A stretch of 60,004 nucleotides of DNA, filler included, from Squatina squatina (Eukaryota): NCBI GenBank assembly GCA_031763465.1. It is 3 parts of 3 records of this genome, joined end to end, with 100 filler letters (N's around TTAATTAATTAA, not from the genome) between each part and the next. Parts side by side here need not be neighbours in the genome. Positions count along the whole stretch, not along the records: positions 1 to 23,285 come from JARFOE010000004.1; positions 23,386 to 46,331 come from JARFOE010000001.1; 1 more part is not named here. One strand, given 5' to 3'. The notes under the pieces were generated by a model that was given only the letters and a program-made list of their open reading frames with translations, was not told the DNA's origin and ran no database searches. Made by a program: the position numbers and the translations under genes. This document shows positions 11,914-23,956 of this stretch, one piece after another. The stretch's first letter is position 1. Each line of letters opens with the position of its first letter.

Positions 11914-11990
11914 GAGAATGGAATGGAGTCTTTACAGGAAGCGGGGTGGGAGGAAGTGTAGTCCAGGTAGCTGTGGGAGTCAGTGGGCTG
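11914..11990 (-). mobile_element. Penelope-like element RT thumb fragment
   Basis: Minus frame reads PTDSHSYLDYTSSHPASCKDSIPFS, the KPT-YL-SxHP-K-IP motif of PLE reverse transcriptases. Confidence 0.85.
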
Positions 11991-12029
11991 TTTTTGGATA
12001 GCCTAAAGCACTTCATAACCAACAAATTA

Positions 12030-12389
12030 TTTTTGTGGAGCAGTTACAACAACAGCCAATCTGATCACAGCAAGGCTCACATACAGCAAAAGATCAGATG
12101 ATCAGTTTTTTGTTAGTGGTGCTGATTGAGGAAGGAATGTTGGCCAAAACACCAACAGAATCACTTGCTCTTTCTCGAATAACGTTGCAGGAATCTGTTG
12201 CATTCATTAAATCAGGCAGATATGGTCTCAGTTTAATGTCTCAGCTGAAAAGTAGCACCTCCGGCAATACATCATTTCCTCATTAAGGCACTGGTGTGTC
12301 AGCCTAGGTTATCTGTTCAACTGGAGTGGAGATTGAATGCACAGCTTTCTGACTCAGAGGTGAGGTGGTACTAATTGAGGCAAGTTGAT
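12030..12389 (-). mobile_element. Deu-domain SINE (SacSINE1-like), older diverged copy
   Basis: Reverse complement shows tRNA-like head, GCTGACACACCAGTG..GGAGGTGC..ATTAAACTGAGACC core and downstream body. Confidence 0.75.
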
Positions 12390-13113
12390 TATAGTTACAG
12401 AGGAAAAAAGGATTGAAATATCATCTTGCACAAATGTTACAAATTTTAAAAGTCTGTTTCTTGCTTTTTTCACAAAGCTGTTTGGCAGCAATTAAAAGGA
12501 AAATTAATCTTCAATGAATTACTCAATTAGCTTCAATTTAATCCAAATAAAAAGCAATTTCACTCTGTCTTTCTGATTTACTGACATTTCAATTTTGGTA
12601 ATTTAAAATGGAAAATGTTCTCAATTAGTTTTAAAGTTGTGAATGTTTTTCTAAAGAAATAACCCTGCCATTATTATTTTAATTTCCCTATCTTTTATGC
12701 TGTTCCTTCATTAACCTCCACTTAACCTTGTGTTCTATTTAAAAATAAGAGACCGCTGTGCTTTTTAAGAATATCAGTAAGTTTTCCCATTTAACCTGTT
12801 TCTACGGTGTTGTGATCATTAAAAAAAATAATTAATTATTATGGATTCTATATATTAAATACTGTAACACAGTGACAACCTTAATAGAGAGTAACCTTTT
12901 TAGAGGATTGGTCTTATTAAAGGAACTGCTGAGTGCAGTTGTTCAATCAGTCACCGATATTGCTTTGCACTAGACCGTCCTTCCTCTTTAATTGGATTTA
13001 TAAAAGTTAATATNNNNNNNNNNNNNNNNNNNNNNNNNNNNNNNNNNNNNNNNNNNNNNNNNNNNNNNNNNNNNNNNNNNNNNNNNNNNNNNNNNNNNNN
13101 NNNNNNNNNNNNN

Positions 13114-13195
13114 TATTCAACTGAAGCATCTCTTCCTATTGTATTGCAACCCACTTGTGATAAGGCCAACATTCCATTTGCCTTTTTGATTGTCA
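13114..13195 (-). mobile_element. CR1 LINE RT fragment
   Basis: IKKANGMLA motif. Confidence 0.6.
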
Positions 13196-13574
13196 ATGTG
13201 CATGATGATCACTTCATGCATTTCACCAAAGTGTGCCTTCTGAAATTCAAGGTACTGAATTGTTTCTGGCAGAGAAATTGTGAAGGGATTGTGTTGCCAT
13301 AATGCTAGAAGCTTGTTTCCTGAGAGAGAAAGATTATTCCCTGTAAACAGAGCTGTGGAATGTAACTCTAGATTTTCTGATTGGCATGTTTTAATGGTGA
13401 CAGCAACCTTTTAAAATAAATAGCTTAAAGTAAATATGTTTTTGCCCGTGCAAAATAAAGCTGATTGGAAAATCTGAGGTGCAAAGTCAGTTGCTTCTTT
13501 AAATCACAGAGAATCGATCAAACTTTTCTCAACATCCTTGGTCAGCTTTATGGCATGGTATTTGACCTCCAATT

Positions 13575-14081
13575 CATAAGACCATAAGAAATAGGAACAG
13601 GAGTAGACCACTCGGCCCCTCGAGCCTGCCCCACCATTCATAAGATCATGGCTGATCCGACATTCCTCAAGTCCACTTTCCTGCCCTTTCTCCATAACCA
13701 TTGATTCCCTTACTGATTAAAAATCTATCTACCTGAGCCTTAAATATACACAAGAACTCAGCCCCACAGCTCTCTGTGGCAAGGAGTTCCAAAGAGTCAC
13801 AACCCTCAGAGAAGAAATTCTTCCTCATCTCAGTCTTAAATGGGTACTCCCTTAATCTGAGATTATGCCCTCTGGTCCTAGACTCTCCTATGAGGGAAAA
13901 CATCCTCCCAGCATTTACCCTGTCAAGCCCCTCAAGAATCTTATATGTTTCAATAAGATTGCCTCTCATTCTTCTGAACTCCAATGAGTACAGACCCAAC
14001 CTGTTCAACCTTTCCTCATAAGACAATCCCTCCATACCCGGGATCATCCTAGTGAACCTTCTCTGAACCGCCTCCAATGAA
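13575..14081 (-). mobile_element. CR1 LINE 3' end (ORF2 C-terminus, 3'UTR, octamer tail)
   Basis: LEAVQRRFTRMIPGMEGLSYEERLNRLGLYSLEFRRMRGNLIETYKIL..SRTRGHNL..MRKNFFS; tail CATAAGACCATAAGAA on the + strand. Confidence 0.95.
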
Positions 14082-14181
14082 NNNNNNNNNNNNNNNNNNN
14101 NNNNNNNNNNNNNNNNNNNNNNNNNNNNNNNNNNNNNNNNNNNNNNNNNNNNNNNNNNNNNNNNNNNNNNNNNNNNNNNNN

Positions 14182-14370
14182 GAAAGAAGCAGTACTGGAC
14201 CGAGAAGTGGAGGAAGTGGTACTGTAAGGAAAGGGAACATTTAGGAAATAGTGACCATATAAAAATTGAAAAGGAGAGGAAATATTCAAAGATACAGATG
14301 CTTGACTGGAAAAAAAAAGCAATTTCAATGAGATAAAAAGGCAACCAGCCCAAATAAATTGATGAAAATG
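14182..14370 (+). mobile_element. degraded CR1-type APE endonuclease end fragment
   Basis: GAACATTTAGGAAATAGTGACCAT = EHLGNSDH, the SDH motif. Confidence 0.55.
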
Positions 14371-14399
14371 TGCAAACATAATACTGTCAAATATTTAAC

Positions 14400-14720
14400 C
14401 CCACAGTACTGGCAGATGTGGCACCACAGTATATAGCTCAGCTGGTGCAATATCCAGTAGTACGGTGGTGATATATAGGACAGCTGGTAGCACATCTAGC
14501 AGTACTGTGATGGTATATAGACGTGGAACCAGCTGCCCTATATATCACTATGGTACTGCTAGACCTGGTATTATACTATTTGTCCTCTGCACAATTACAG
14601 TGATGCTAGACTTGACATCAGTTTTCTTATAGTAAACCATAGTAGTACTACTAGACTTAGCACCAGCTGTCCTATGCACAAGCACAACATTACAGTACTT
14701 AGTACCAGTTGTCATTACCA
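14400..14720. repeat. degenerate ~42-bp minisatellite with an internally inverted block
   Basis: Unit approx CAGTACTGCTAGATGTGGCACCAGCTGTCCTATATATCACCA occurs forward (14400-14435, 14518-14720) and reversed (14440-14515). Confidence 0.7.
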
Positions 14721-16216
14721 TAATATCAGTAGACTGATATGGCCAGTCCTACCCTTGACTAGAATACCACTAGAGTACAATTGAGCAGTAAAAGCAGTAA
14801 TTAAAATACCGCTAAATTTTGATGTAGACTGCCCTTTCATAACCACAGTACCGTGAGACATGCCACGTGCCCAGGGTTTGATCTGATATAACTTGCTTTG
14901 CAATGTAGCTTTAGAATTTAACTCCTTTTGTAGCCCTTTATTCCGAACTAGCCCATGAGACCCACTATTAGTACAGGCAGCAAACAGCAGATGATTGACT
15001 CTTAAGAGTAAATATCTAGAAGGGATTGATGTTTCATAAACTGTGTGGTCTNNNNNNNNNNTAATATTTAAAGCAAACTTTTTAATGAAACTGTCATCGT
15101 GAAATGAAAATGAAAGTAATGAGAAAATGAATCTTTAGCTTTACATACAGAGGAAAATACATGCACGTTTATACAGGTGTCTTTTACCAATTTAGCTATA
15201 GCAAACTGGGAAAGTGTCAAAGCTTCAATATAAATCACTAAATAATTTTTTTTTTTGTCCTCTATGGAAAATATTTCTGTCTCAGTGCACTGCTGGAAAA
15301 CTAAAAAAGATTTCTCACAAACACAAAACAACATTCAAAGTTTTCAGAATTTTAGAGGCACTGTTATGGGTAATGTGTGATTGTGCATTTAAAGATACAG
15401 ATCGGCAAAGTGACATAGTCCCAATAATAGATCCAAGTGTATTCTTTCTACGGTTCCTCGAACTTCCACCCATTAATAAGCCTGTGTAATTTCACTAAAT
15501 ACTTTGCATGAAATACTATTCTGGATGCCGAGCATGCTTTTTTTAAAAATAAATTATAATAATTTAATAANNNNNNNNNNNNNNNNNNNNNNNNNNNNNN
15601 NNNNNNNNNNNNNNNNNNNNNNNNNNNNNNNNNNNNNNNNNNNNNNNNNNNNNNNNNNNNNNNNNNNNNNTATTTCACTCAGCCAAGAGCTTGGAAAAAT
15701 TGATATAAGCACGTTTCAGATGATATACGATTGAAGAATCACATCAGTCAAACCACAATAAAGCAGGTGAATTTATTTCAGTTTAGTTGATATCGGAGTA
15801 CGGACAGTTAAATCTGCTTCCAAGAAGACATCTGTGTCAATAAATCATAAATAATTTAAACAATACTGTGGAAAAAAAAGAAAGGTTTATTGGGGCAGTC
15901 CATCTGGCAAAAGAATAAACAGCCTGCTCCATCCCAGCTTCCTCGGCCATGGCGGACAGCTTTCAATTACCAGCCATCCATCAAGGTTTCAGACTGTGGC
16001 TCGTCCTAGTCCAACAGTGCTGAGTGGCTATGAGGAGAGCCACCTCATATTTCATCTTCCAAAGGACAAGGTCACTACTCTGTGGCAATAATCCAACAGA
16101 ACAAAGACTATGACCACTTCTGCTGTCCTTGGTTAGGCTCCCATGCAAACTTTGTTTATTTTCCTTGTCTTCTGTCAGGTTTTTGAAGGAGAAACAGAAA
16201 TGCTTTGGAATTCTTA

Positions 16217-16404
16217 GGGGGATGAAATTCCGTTGCGCCCCATTTGGGGACGGTAACATCCGGGAAGTGGGACGTTTTGCAGCAGGCGCGGAAGTCCCGC
16301 CCCGTTTGAAAAATTTGGATTACCGCCCCCGAAAAGGAATGGAGCGCAAAATAACACGTTCCATTTCCTTTCTGGGGCGGTAGTGCAGCAGACAGGTCAG
16401 GAGC
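16217..16404. mobile_element. CpG-rich MITE-like DNA element end, cut by a gap
   Basis: Abrupt GC/CpG rise starting GGGGGATGAAATTC after TTA. Confidence 0.55.
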
Positions 16405-17175
16405 NNNNNNNNNNNNNNNNNNNNNNNNNNNNNNNNNNNNNNNNNNNNNNNNNNNNNNNNNNNNNNNNNNNNNNNNNNNNNNNNNNNNNNNNNNNNNNNN
16501 NNNNGGAAGTCAATTGTGGAAATCGGGAGGGGTTGGTGGCTGCCATCGGTCTGATCAGCGTGGATTCTCGGCAGACTGATCCACTTACACAACTCCTGGA
16601 ATAATGCCTCTGAAATCTGCAGAATGCGCAGTGGAATTTCCATGGCACCATCAGTGTTCATTTGAAAGAAGCCTTTTGAAGTGGCCAAGAACCACGGCAC
16701 TCGACAATTCTTCTTCAGGCTGCGTAACACTAGTCACCTTAACTCGGCCAGACTGTCAGCTAGACAGCCTCAGGGCAGGAGAGAGAATGAAGTGAAATTT
16801 AGGGATGAGTATTCCAGGTTTTTGCTTCTCCTTTGGATCAGCCTAAACTAATGATGAAAAAGGAGTAGTTCAATTTAAAATGATTGACATGTGCCTCTAG
16901 GTACTTTCCAACTCAACATTTTTTTTTAAGATGGAAACACTCGGCGTGATGACATCTGGAAAGAGAAATTTCTATCTGCTTTTATGTGTTGTGGCTCCAT
17001 ATATTTCTCATTCTAGAAAGATTCGTTGGCCCAGGTTTTGCTGGAGCGGGGTATCTCATGGCGTGCTCCGTTAGTNNNNNNNNNNNNNNNNNNNNNNNNN
17101 NNNNNNNNNNNNNNNNNNNNNNNNNNNNNNNNNNNNNNNNNNNNNNNNNNNNNNNNNNNNNNNNNNNNNNNNNNN

Positions 17176-17222
17176 CTGAGGTCGTGAAAAGGCACGATAT
17201 AAATGCAAGTCTTTCTTTTTTT
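17176..17222 (+). mobile_element. SINE/L2-type 3' tail
   Basis: CTGAGGTCGTGAAAAGGCACGATATAAATGCAAGTCTTTCTTTT. Confidence 0.7.
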
Positions 17223-18049
17223 CTGTTGGTGCTCCATCACCCATCGGGAGCTACTTTTGGGGCCTTGCCAGCGAGGCAAGCGGCCTAAATTGTATCTTTT
17301 TAAGATGGGCAAACTGCCTTTGGAGTCTCGCCCAAAAATTGTTCATGAGACCTGAGGCCCAATTTCGGGTGAGACTCTGGCCTCCATGTTGGCATACGCA
17401 CTTTGTGCACTGTCTCAATTTCAGGTCCAAAAATGGGCCAAAAGGAATCTCCATCCCACGCTGTACAATAACACTGTTGCGGATAGCTACTATATGGTTA
17501 GTTACTATATTTGGAAGGATCAAACAGCTAATTGCAAAACCTCTTGCCTCATCTCGTGAACATCTTGAAATGTAATCAATGCTTTAAGATATTCAACACT
17601 CAAAGTTTAAATGAGTATTTGGGTGTGACTTATAATATTTATCTTGTATTTTGGTTTGAGGTTTTGGCACTGGAGTAATGAGCCAGGGTTTCCCACTGTG
17701 CCTCTGGTTTGTGTCGACAAGGGAATGTCACTCAGCACACACTCCAAATACCAAAGCGCTGCGATGCCTCAGGGTTCATCTGCACCAAGCAGTCAGTAAT
17801 CAAACAGATGTCTGCTTTGAAACCTCCCAAACAAGCCAAATTCTAGACAAGAATAAAGCGATCATAGCTGGAGCTAAAGGAATGTAATCGGGATTTACTT
17901 GGGCCCGTTCTCCATGCGGAGCACGCATACCTTCAGTTGCCAAAAATGCTTGGACGCAGCTGGACAACGTAAAGAACGAAGATTAAGCAATATATTGGGG
18001 AAAGAAAAACATTCACCGTACCTGTAATGGTTTAGTAGGTAAATACAAT

Positions 18050-18270
18050 GCTCTGTGCGAAGATAAGTGATCTCAGCTGGGATGGTGATTCAAGAGCTAA
18101 CAGTTAGCTTCAGCATCTCCAAACTAGGGAGGGGTAAACTTGCCCGGGGTCCTATTCCTGATTGGTACCGACCGAGCCTCGCTGAACCGCATGAATAACC
18201 ACACCAGAGTGTGCCGTGAGGTTCCTCACTGTAATTTATTCCACTTGTACCCATTATCTAAGCTCACACA
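18050..18270 (+). mobile_element. ancient SINE fragment (AmnSINE2-like by recall), same family as 56885-57230
   Basis: Collinear blocks shared with the 56.9-kb copy: GATCTCAGCTGGG, CTAGGGAGGGG..GCCCGGGG..TCCTGAT, TCTAAGCTCACA. Confidence 0.5.
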
Positions 18271-21200
18271 GTACAACCCATGAACATACTATTAAATGAT
18301 TAATGGATTCGGTATAAAAATGAGGACTTTGAGAAGTAGACTACACCAGTAAGTTTAAGGCTGTGTTTAAGCAAGAATTGTAGCGTTAATGTAAGAATGC
18401 TTTGAAGCAAGAGCTGATTCTGAAGTGAAGCAATATGATAGTCCTACCTCCTCCTCTCTCTGGAGGCAGATTGTATCCTCAATCCAGATTTATGATCTAA
18501 CTTTAGCTTTGATAAACCGATACAACAGTTGAAAGCATAAATGCAGTCTAAATATTGCAATGTACTCAGAGTTTGTAATCAAATCACAGGACCATAGCTT
18601 GGACTATTTATCTTTTTGATCAAGCGTTTTGTCCAAGATATGATCACCTCGCTGAACTCGCTCACCACGGTTCAACATCCATTCCTTTATCCAATGTATT
18701 AACTTTCTCTCCTTCCCCCACCTCCATTGTAAAGCAGCTCGGGACATTTTCTACATAACANNNNNNNNNNNNNNNNNNNNNNNNNNNNNNNNNNNNNNNN
18801 NNNNNNNNNNNNNNNNNNNNNNNNNNNNNNNNNNNNNNNNNNNNNNNNNNNNNNNNNNNNTGGAGGAAAGAACAGTCCAGGCCAGATGCACCCATTAAAG
18901 GTAATTAGACTTGTCACAACATGATGATGTTTTAATGATCTGATCATATAAAAATAGATGACTTTTTTTTAAAATGTGAAAGCTGGAAGATCTGAAGTAA
19001 AAATAGAAAATGCTGGAAATACACACCAATTCCATCAGTACCTGAAAAAAGAGTGAGGGGAATATTAACTTTTGAAATGGAGACCGTACTCGCACATGAG
19101 GTGCATTTCAGGGTGGATTACAGTGAGAATTCTTGTGAGCTGCTCCCCAACTACTGTCACTATTTGCATTAGGTGGGTGCATGCAACTTAAAGGAGGTTG
19201 ATAGGAAAAAGTCTTCTGATGTATTTTAGCAATGCCATTGCTTTCCAGGCATCCAGCATTGCTAAGTAGAATGAAGGCAGGGGAATCACTAATAAATTCG
19301 GGCTCATTGCACTGTGCTGCAACCGTAATTCCTCAAGATTGCTTGCCATGCAGCTGTAGCAAGTCCCTCTGGGCTATTTGTGACCCTGAATTTCCAAATG
19401 TGGTTGTTGCTTAGTGATGAGACAGATTTACAGCAGCTGTGATTAAACTGCATGCTGGGTTGTGGGTTAGTCCTTAACCCATAAACAGTCAAAATTACCC
19501 CATAAAATAACCTGGATCTGCCTGCGGGCCAACATATACAGGAGTTAGATCTAACTTTTATTTGGCACGGCCTCAAAGGACTGAAAGTAAATTTGATCCC
19601 GTAACATATCACATTCTCAATATCAAGGTTGCAGTATTTATTTAACCTTTGTGGATAAGGCTTTGAGTTCTTTTTATTGTGAGAATCAAAACCAATTTAG
19701 CAAGTAAAAAAAGACAGGCTGGATTTACATATATTTCCTTCAAACTGTGTTAGGTGCATTAAAATGCCATTCCCAGCTTAATAAAATATTGCCATTACAT
19801 TCTTCAGATTCTGTAATTACATTTTTTAAAAAGTCATCTAAATTATCTGTAGTATATTGTGCTGTTATTGGACAGTATTTCAATTACTCTAAAACAGTAA
19901 TTATTAGCTGTGCTGATACTTTGAAATCCTCCTTTGTGTAACTAGCACACAGTTCTGTTAAGTCAGCTCGTAACCACTTTATTTCAATTCTGCATTCGTT
20001 TCGCAGATTGACCTTTAACAAGGCCTTAAAGGTTCTTCTGAATCATTCTTGACTTATACCCAGTTTAACATGGGGCAAAGACTCATTGGGAAGGATGTTG
20101 GTATCCTTTGCCCCCATTTTTCAGGCATAAAACTGAAATCAGACTAATTTAGCAGTGTGACAGCCTGAGCCCAATATTGATTTGTGGGGCCCATTTCTTA
20201 AGCATCCGCAACTCAAGCATTGATGATGTTAATGAAGGGCCCTAATAACTTTTGAACAACTCCTTTACCAAATTAACTATCAATGAAGGGGACAGGAATA
20301 TTTTTTTCTTGTTGAGTTTCCTGTGGAGTTGTGACCAGTGCTAACTCCTTTCCCTGAGAATGCCAATGTCTATCGATCCTTCGTCCTTTTGGTTTGGTCG
20401 TGCNNNNNNNNNNNNNNNNNNNNNNNNNNNNNNNNNNNNNNNNNNNNNNNNNNNNNNNNNNNNNNNNNNNNNNNNNNNNNNNNNNNNNNNNNNNNNNNNN
20501 NNNTATTTCCAGCATTTTCTGTTTATATTTCAGGTTTCCAGCATGCACGGTCTTTTCCTCACCACGACTAGGTGCTCCTGTCTGCGGTCCTCAGAGCCTC
20601 GCACATCACTCATTTCAGTAATATTTTACTCAAAAGAAAAATAGATGAATGACTAAAACCCTTTGTCCCAAGGAAAATCTTGCTAGAGGCCTGAAATGTG
20701 TTGACCTGCATTATTTGTATTATTTGATTGCCTGTTAAAATCTGCATTCGAATATGGCCAGGGCAATTTTGACGTGAGTCTCTTTTTCCATCACCAAGAC
20801 ACATGCAACCTTACACAGATTTAGCGAAATAGACTGCTGCTGCTTAAAGAATTGAAGCTTGAGGCACATACAGCAAACAGGTGATAGAGTTTCATAAATC
20901 AGTCTAAAAGATGTGGATCAAATAAGACATTTTTAAAAAGTTAGCGAATTTTTAGTGCCTTGATGGGAAGCCATAATTCATCCCACAAGTTTTATCAGCG
21001 TGGCCTCGGCTGGAGATTAAATGACACAGATCCTTATTTTGCACTCCTGCCCGAGTGGCAATCCTGGAACAAGGTGATATGTTCCTCATGTTAATACTTG
21101 AAAGTATTTGAGCACTGGCTGAAAGTTGATCTGTCCTGCTCTGTAGAAACTCAGCACCTATACTGGCGAGGAAGCTGTTGGATTTGAGGAGTGGACAAAG

Positions 21201-22109
21201 GCCAGCATAAACACTATGAAGGATGCATGTGGACAGGGGGATGAGTTGTTTCAGTTGCCTTGCAATCAATTTTTTTTCTTTGCAAATCGCAGAAACACTG
21301 AAGGATTTCTTTGCAAAGTCACAGAGCCTTCTGATTCTAAAGAACTGGAAAATTTTCTAAGTAAATAAACACCCGTTTGTAACTAAAGNNNNNNNNNNNN
21401 NNNNNNNNNNNNNNNNNNNNNNNNNNNNNNNNNNNNNNNNNNNNNNNNNNNNNNNNNNNNNNNNNNNNNNNNNNNNNNNNNNNNNNNNGTCTAAAGTGTG
21501 TTCATTGTGGAGGTGAGTGTGTGCTTGATCGCAAACAGTTTAATTGCTATCTTATGGGTTTGATGCCCATCCATCTATGGATGGACTAGCATTAGAAGTA
21601 CAGATAGGGGGAGTCTGACTTGCACTAAAATAGGCAGTCAGTCTGAAATGATGCTTTCTTTTGGGTTTTAGTAAATTTGCATTGGATTAGTTTGAGTTGA
21701 AATTCAGAGCATATAAAAGGTAGGTAAACCAATGCGTCTGACTCAGGGGCTGCAATCCATATAAATCCGAAGGGAATTGCATTACTTGGATCACTAAATA
21801 GGAACTCTATCATGTTCAACTACAAATTTGGTTTAAAGGTTGTACATGCTGTTGCAGCGTAATACTGTGGATCACCAAAATAGTCACTGAACTCATCGTA
21901 GCTCAGTAGATATATTAACTTTGACGTTTAAATGCACATATCTCGTTGCAATCGAAAGGTTCAATTTACAAGTTCATGATGACTCAACCTTGGCTGTATA
22001 TTTAGAACACGGAACCTGAGCATGCTGGTGCAGTTGTCAAAGCCTAAGTTGACCAGCGTCAGACATCATTTTTAATTAAATATTACTGATTGCTCAGGCA
22101 CTAAACCTG

Positions 22110-22368
22110 AGGGGTTCATTTTAACTTTTTAGGTGACCAACCAACAGAGCCTACAGACAGCTGCCCGTTCCGGCAGAGACGAGGTCGGAGCCTTTCTGAG
22201 GCCAGGGCCTCATTTGAGTAGAAACGGCTGTGGGAGGCAAACAAGCTTCCTGCTACAGCTCAGCGGATTCAGGCCAGCGCAATTACCGAGAGAGGCAGCG
22301 GCCACCAGGCTGTCAGCAAGGTGGGGAGGCTAAGGGGTAGCGGTTCTGATGGCACTGGCTCCGATTAC
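22110..22368. mobile_element. MITE-like DNA element end
   Basis: Starts GGGGTTCATTTTAAC, GC-rich body, runs into a gap. Confidence 0.5.
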
Positions 22369-23329
22369 NNNNNNNNNNNNNNNNNNNNNNNNNNNNNNNN
22401 NNNNNNNNNNNNNNNNNNNNNNNNNNNNNNNNNNNNNNNNNNNNNNNNNNNNNNNNNNNNNNNNNNNNGCATTCTGTTGCAATGTGAAAGATTTTCTCTT
22501 TGTGGCTATATCGTACATGACCACTTGCTCTCCCGTGGGTGTCTGACAAATTCCCCACAATTTAAAATTTGTATATTAGTTTTACTTTTACTGAGTTTTC
22601 TTTAGGTCCATGAGAAGCTGCTTTAAATCTTCCAACATTTTAGATTTGCAGCCCTCAGGAATATCTGCGTGTGTGGCTGCCCACAATTTTATTTTTATGG
22701 GCACTTTCCACTTCTTTTTGTTGCTTTTTCTGTTTTTTCATAGTGGTTGAATATTATTTCTTTTTGGTTTCCAGTTCAACTAAGTCTTTTTTGTTCTCCC
22801 ACTGATCAATGTGTACTCTTGCTTTGGGAAGGCAGTGAGTTTTGTGAATGTGATGCAGTAATGTAATCTAAATAATGAGAAAAAATGACAAGATTCCATT
22901 GATCATTCAACCACAGATTTGACAGCATTGTGTGCTTCAGCAAATAACAGCCATTTTAAAGCAGTGCAGCTCTCGATTCCACGGCCGGGATTTTCTGGGG
23001 TCCGTGTGGGCGCGACCGGAGGTGGGTTGGGTAGGAAATTTGAAAAAAATCAGAGCGGGTCGGTCCCTACACGCCTTTCTCTCTGGTACGTTTGCCGGTG
23101 TGGCAGTGACCCGAACAGCAGAGGCCGGCGAACTGATTCAAATCATTATCACCTTGTTGTCAGAACCTGAAGCCTACCTTTCAAATTTCCATGGCTGCTC
23201 GCGGGATTCACACAGCTCGGGAACCACGTCTGTCAGCCTAAGGCAAGAGTTGCATGGCCATTGCTCCAGCTGATTAGATGATAGTNNNNNNNNNNNNNNN
23301 NNNNNNNNNNNNNNNNNNNNNNNNNNNNN

Positions 23330-23341
23330 TTAATTAATTAA
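23330..23341. other. artificial scaffolding linker
   Basis: TTAATTAATTAA centred in N44...N44 (100 nt total); identical structure at 46376-46387. Confidence 0.9.
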
Positions 23342-23444
23342 NNNNNNNNNNNNNNNNNNNNNNNNNNNNNNNNNNNNNNNNNNNNATGCACCTCTCGCTT
23401 TCCCCCACCCCCGCAACCCTACGATTGTGCCTTTCTCCTTTCAG

Positions 23445-23956
23445 TTACCCAAGAACTGCAACCTGGCCAGGCAGTGGTGGAGATGCAGGAATTGCAACAC
23501 GAAGAAGGAAGTGATGCAGAAGACGCACCATCACTCAATTTCACACTCGCAGCCGCCAGCTCAAATATTGACACTCCGTGTGCTTTACAGGTTAGGTTAG
23601 ATGTGGTATCTGCACATGGTGAGTCACTGGGCATGAGTGGCCTACAACCAGGGCAGGGGGAAAGGGTAGCACAGATGCCTGCTTCCCAGAGGATGAGTTC
23701 ACACAGGAATTCTGTTGCACAGGACTCGGATGAGGACATCGATGGGGCGGCCTACAGAAGATGCCTTATGAATATGCACAATGAAATGCTTGGTGCATTG
23801 GTAGGCCTGCCAGAAAGTCTGAGTGCAATGTCAAGGAGCATGGAGGAGTCTGGCACCAACCTTGCACAGGGCTTTGCGCAGAGCTTGGAGCCCATCTTTT
23901 CCAGCATGGAAGTGATGGGCAACTTCATTAGTGCACTTTTGGACCCAACCATGATG
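23445..23956 (+). mobile_element. exon-like open frame, probably the C-terminal part of a Harbinger Myb/SANT accessory protein
   Basis: Acceptor ctttctcctttcAG at 23443-23444; ~170 stop-free codons with acidic low-complexity region then helical heptad-like MHNEMLGALVGLPESLSAMSRSMEES; embedded in TIR-like element. Confidence 0.55.

Noticed and set aside
13667-14353. 228-aa minus-strand ORF as a gene
   Set aside because: Chimeric across a 100-N gap; only the post-gap part is meaningful and it is CR1 ORF2. The same applies to the other X-containing ORFs
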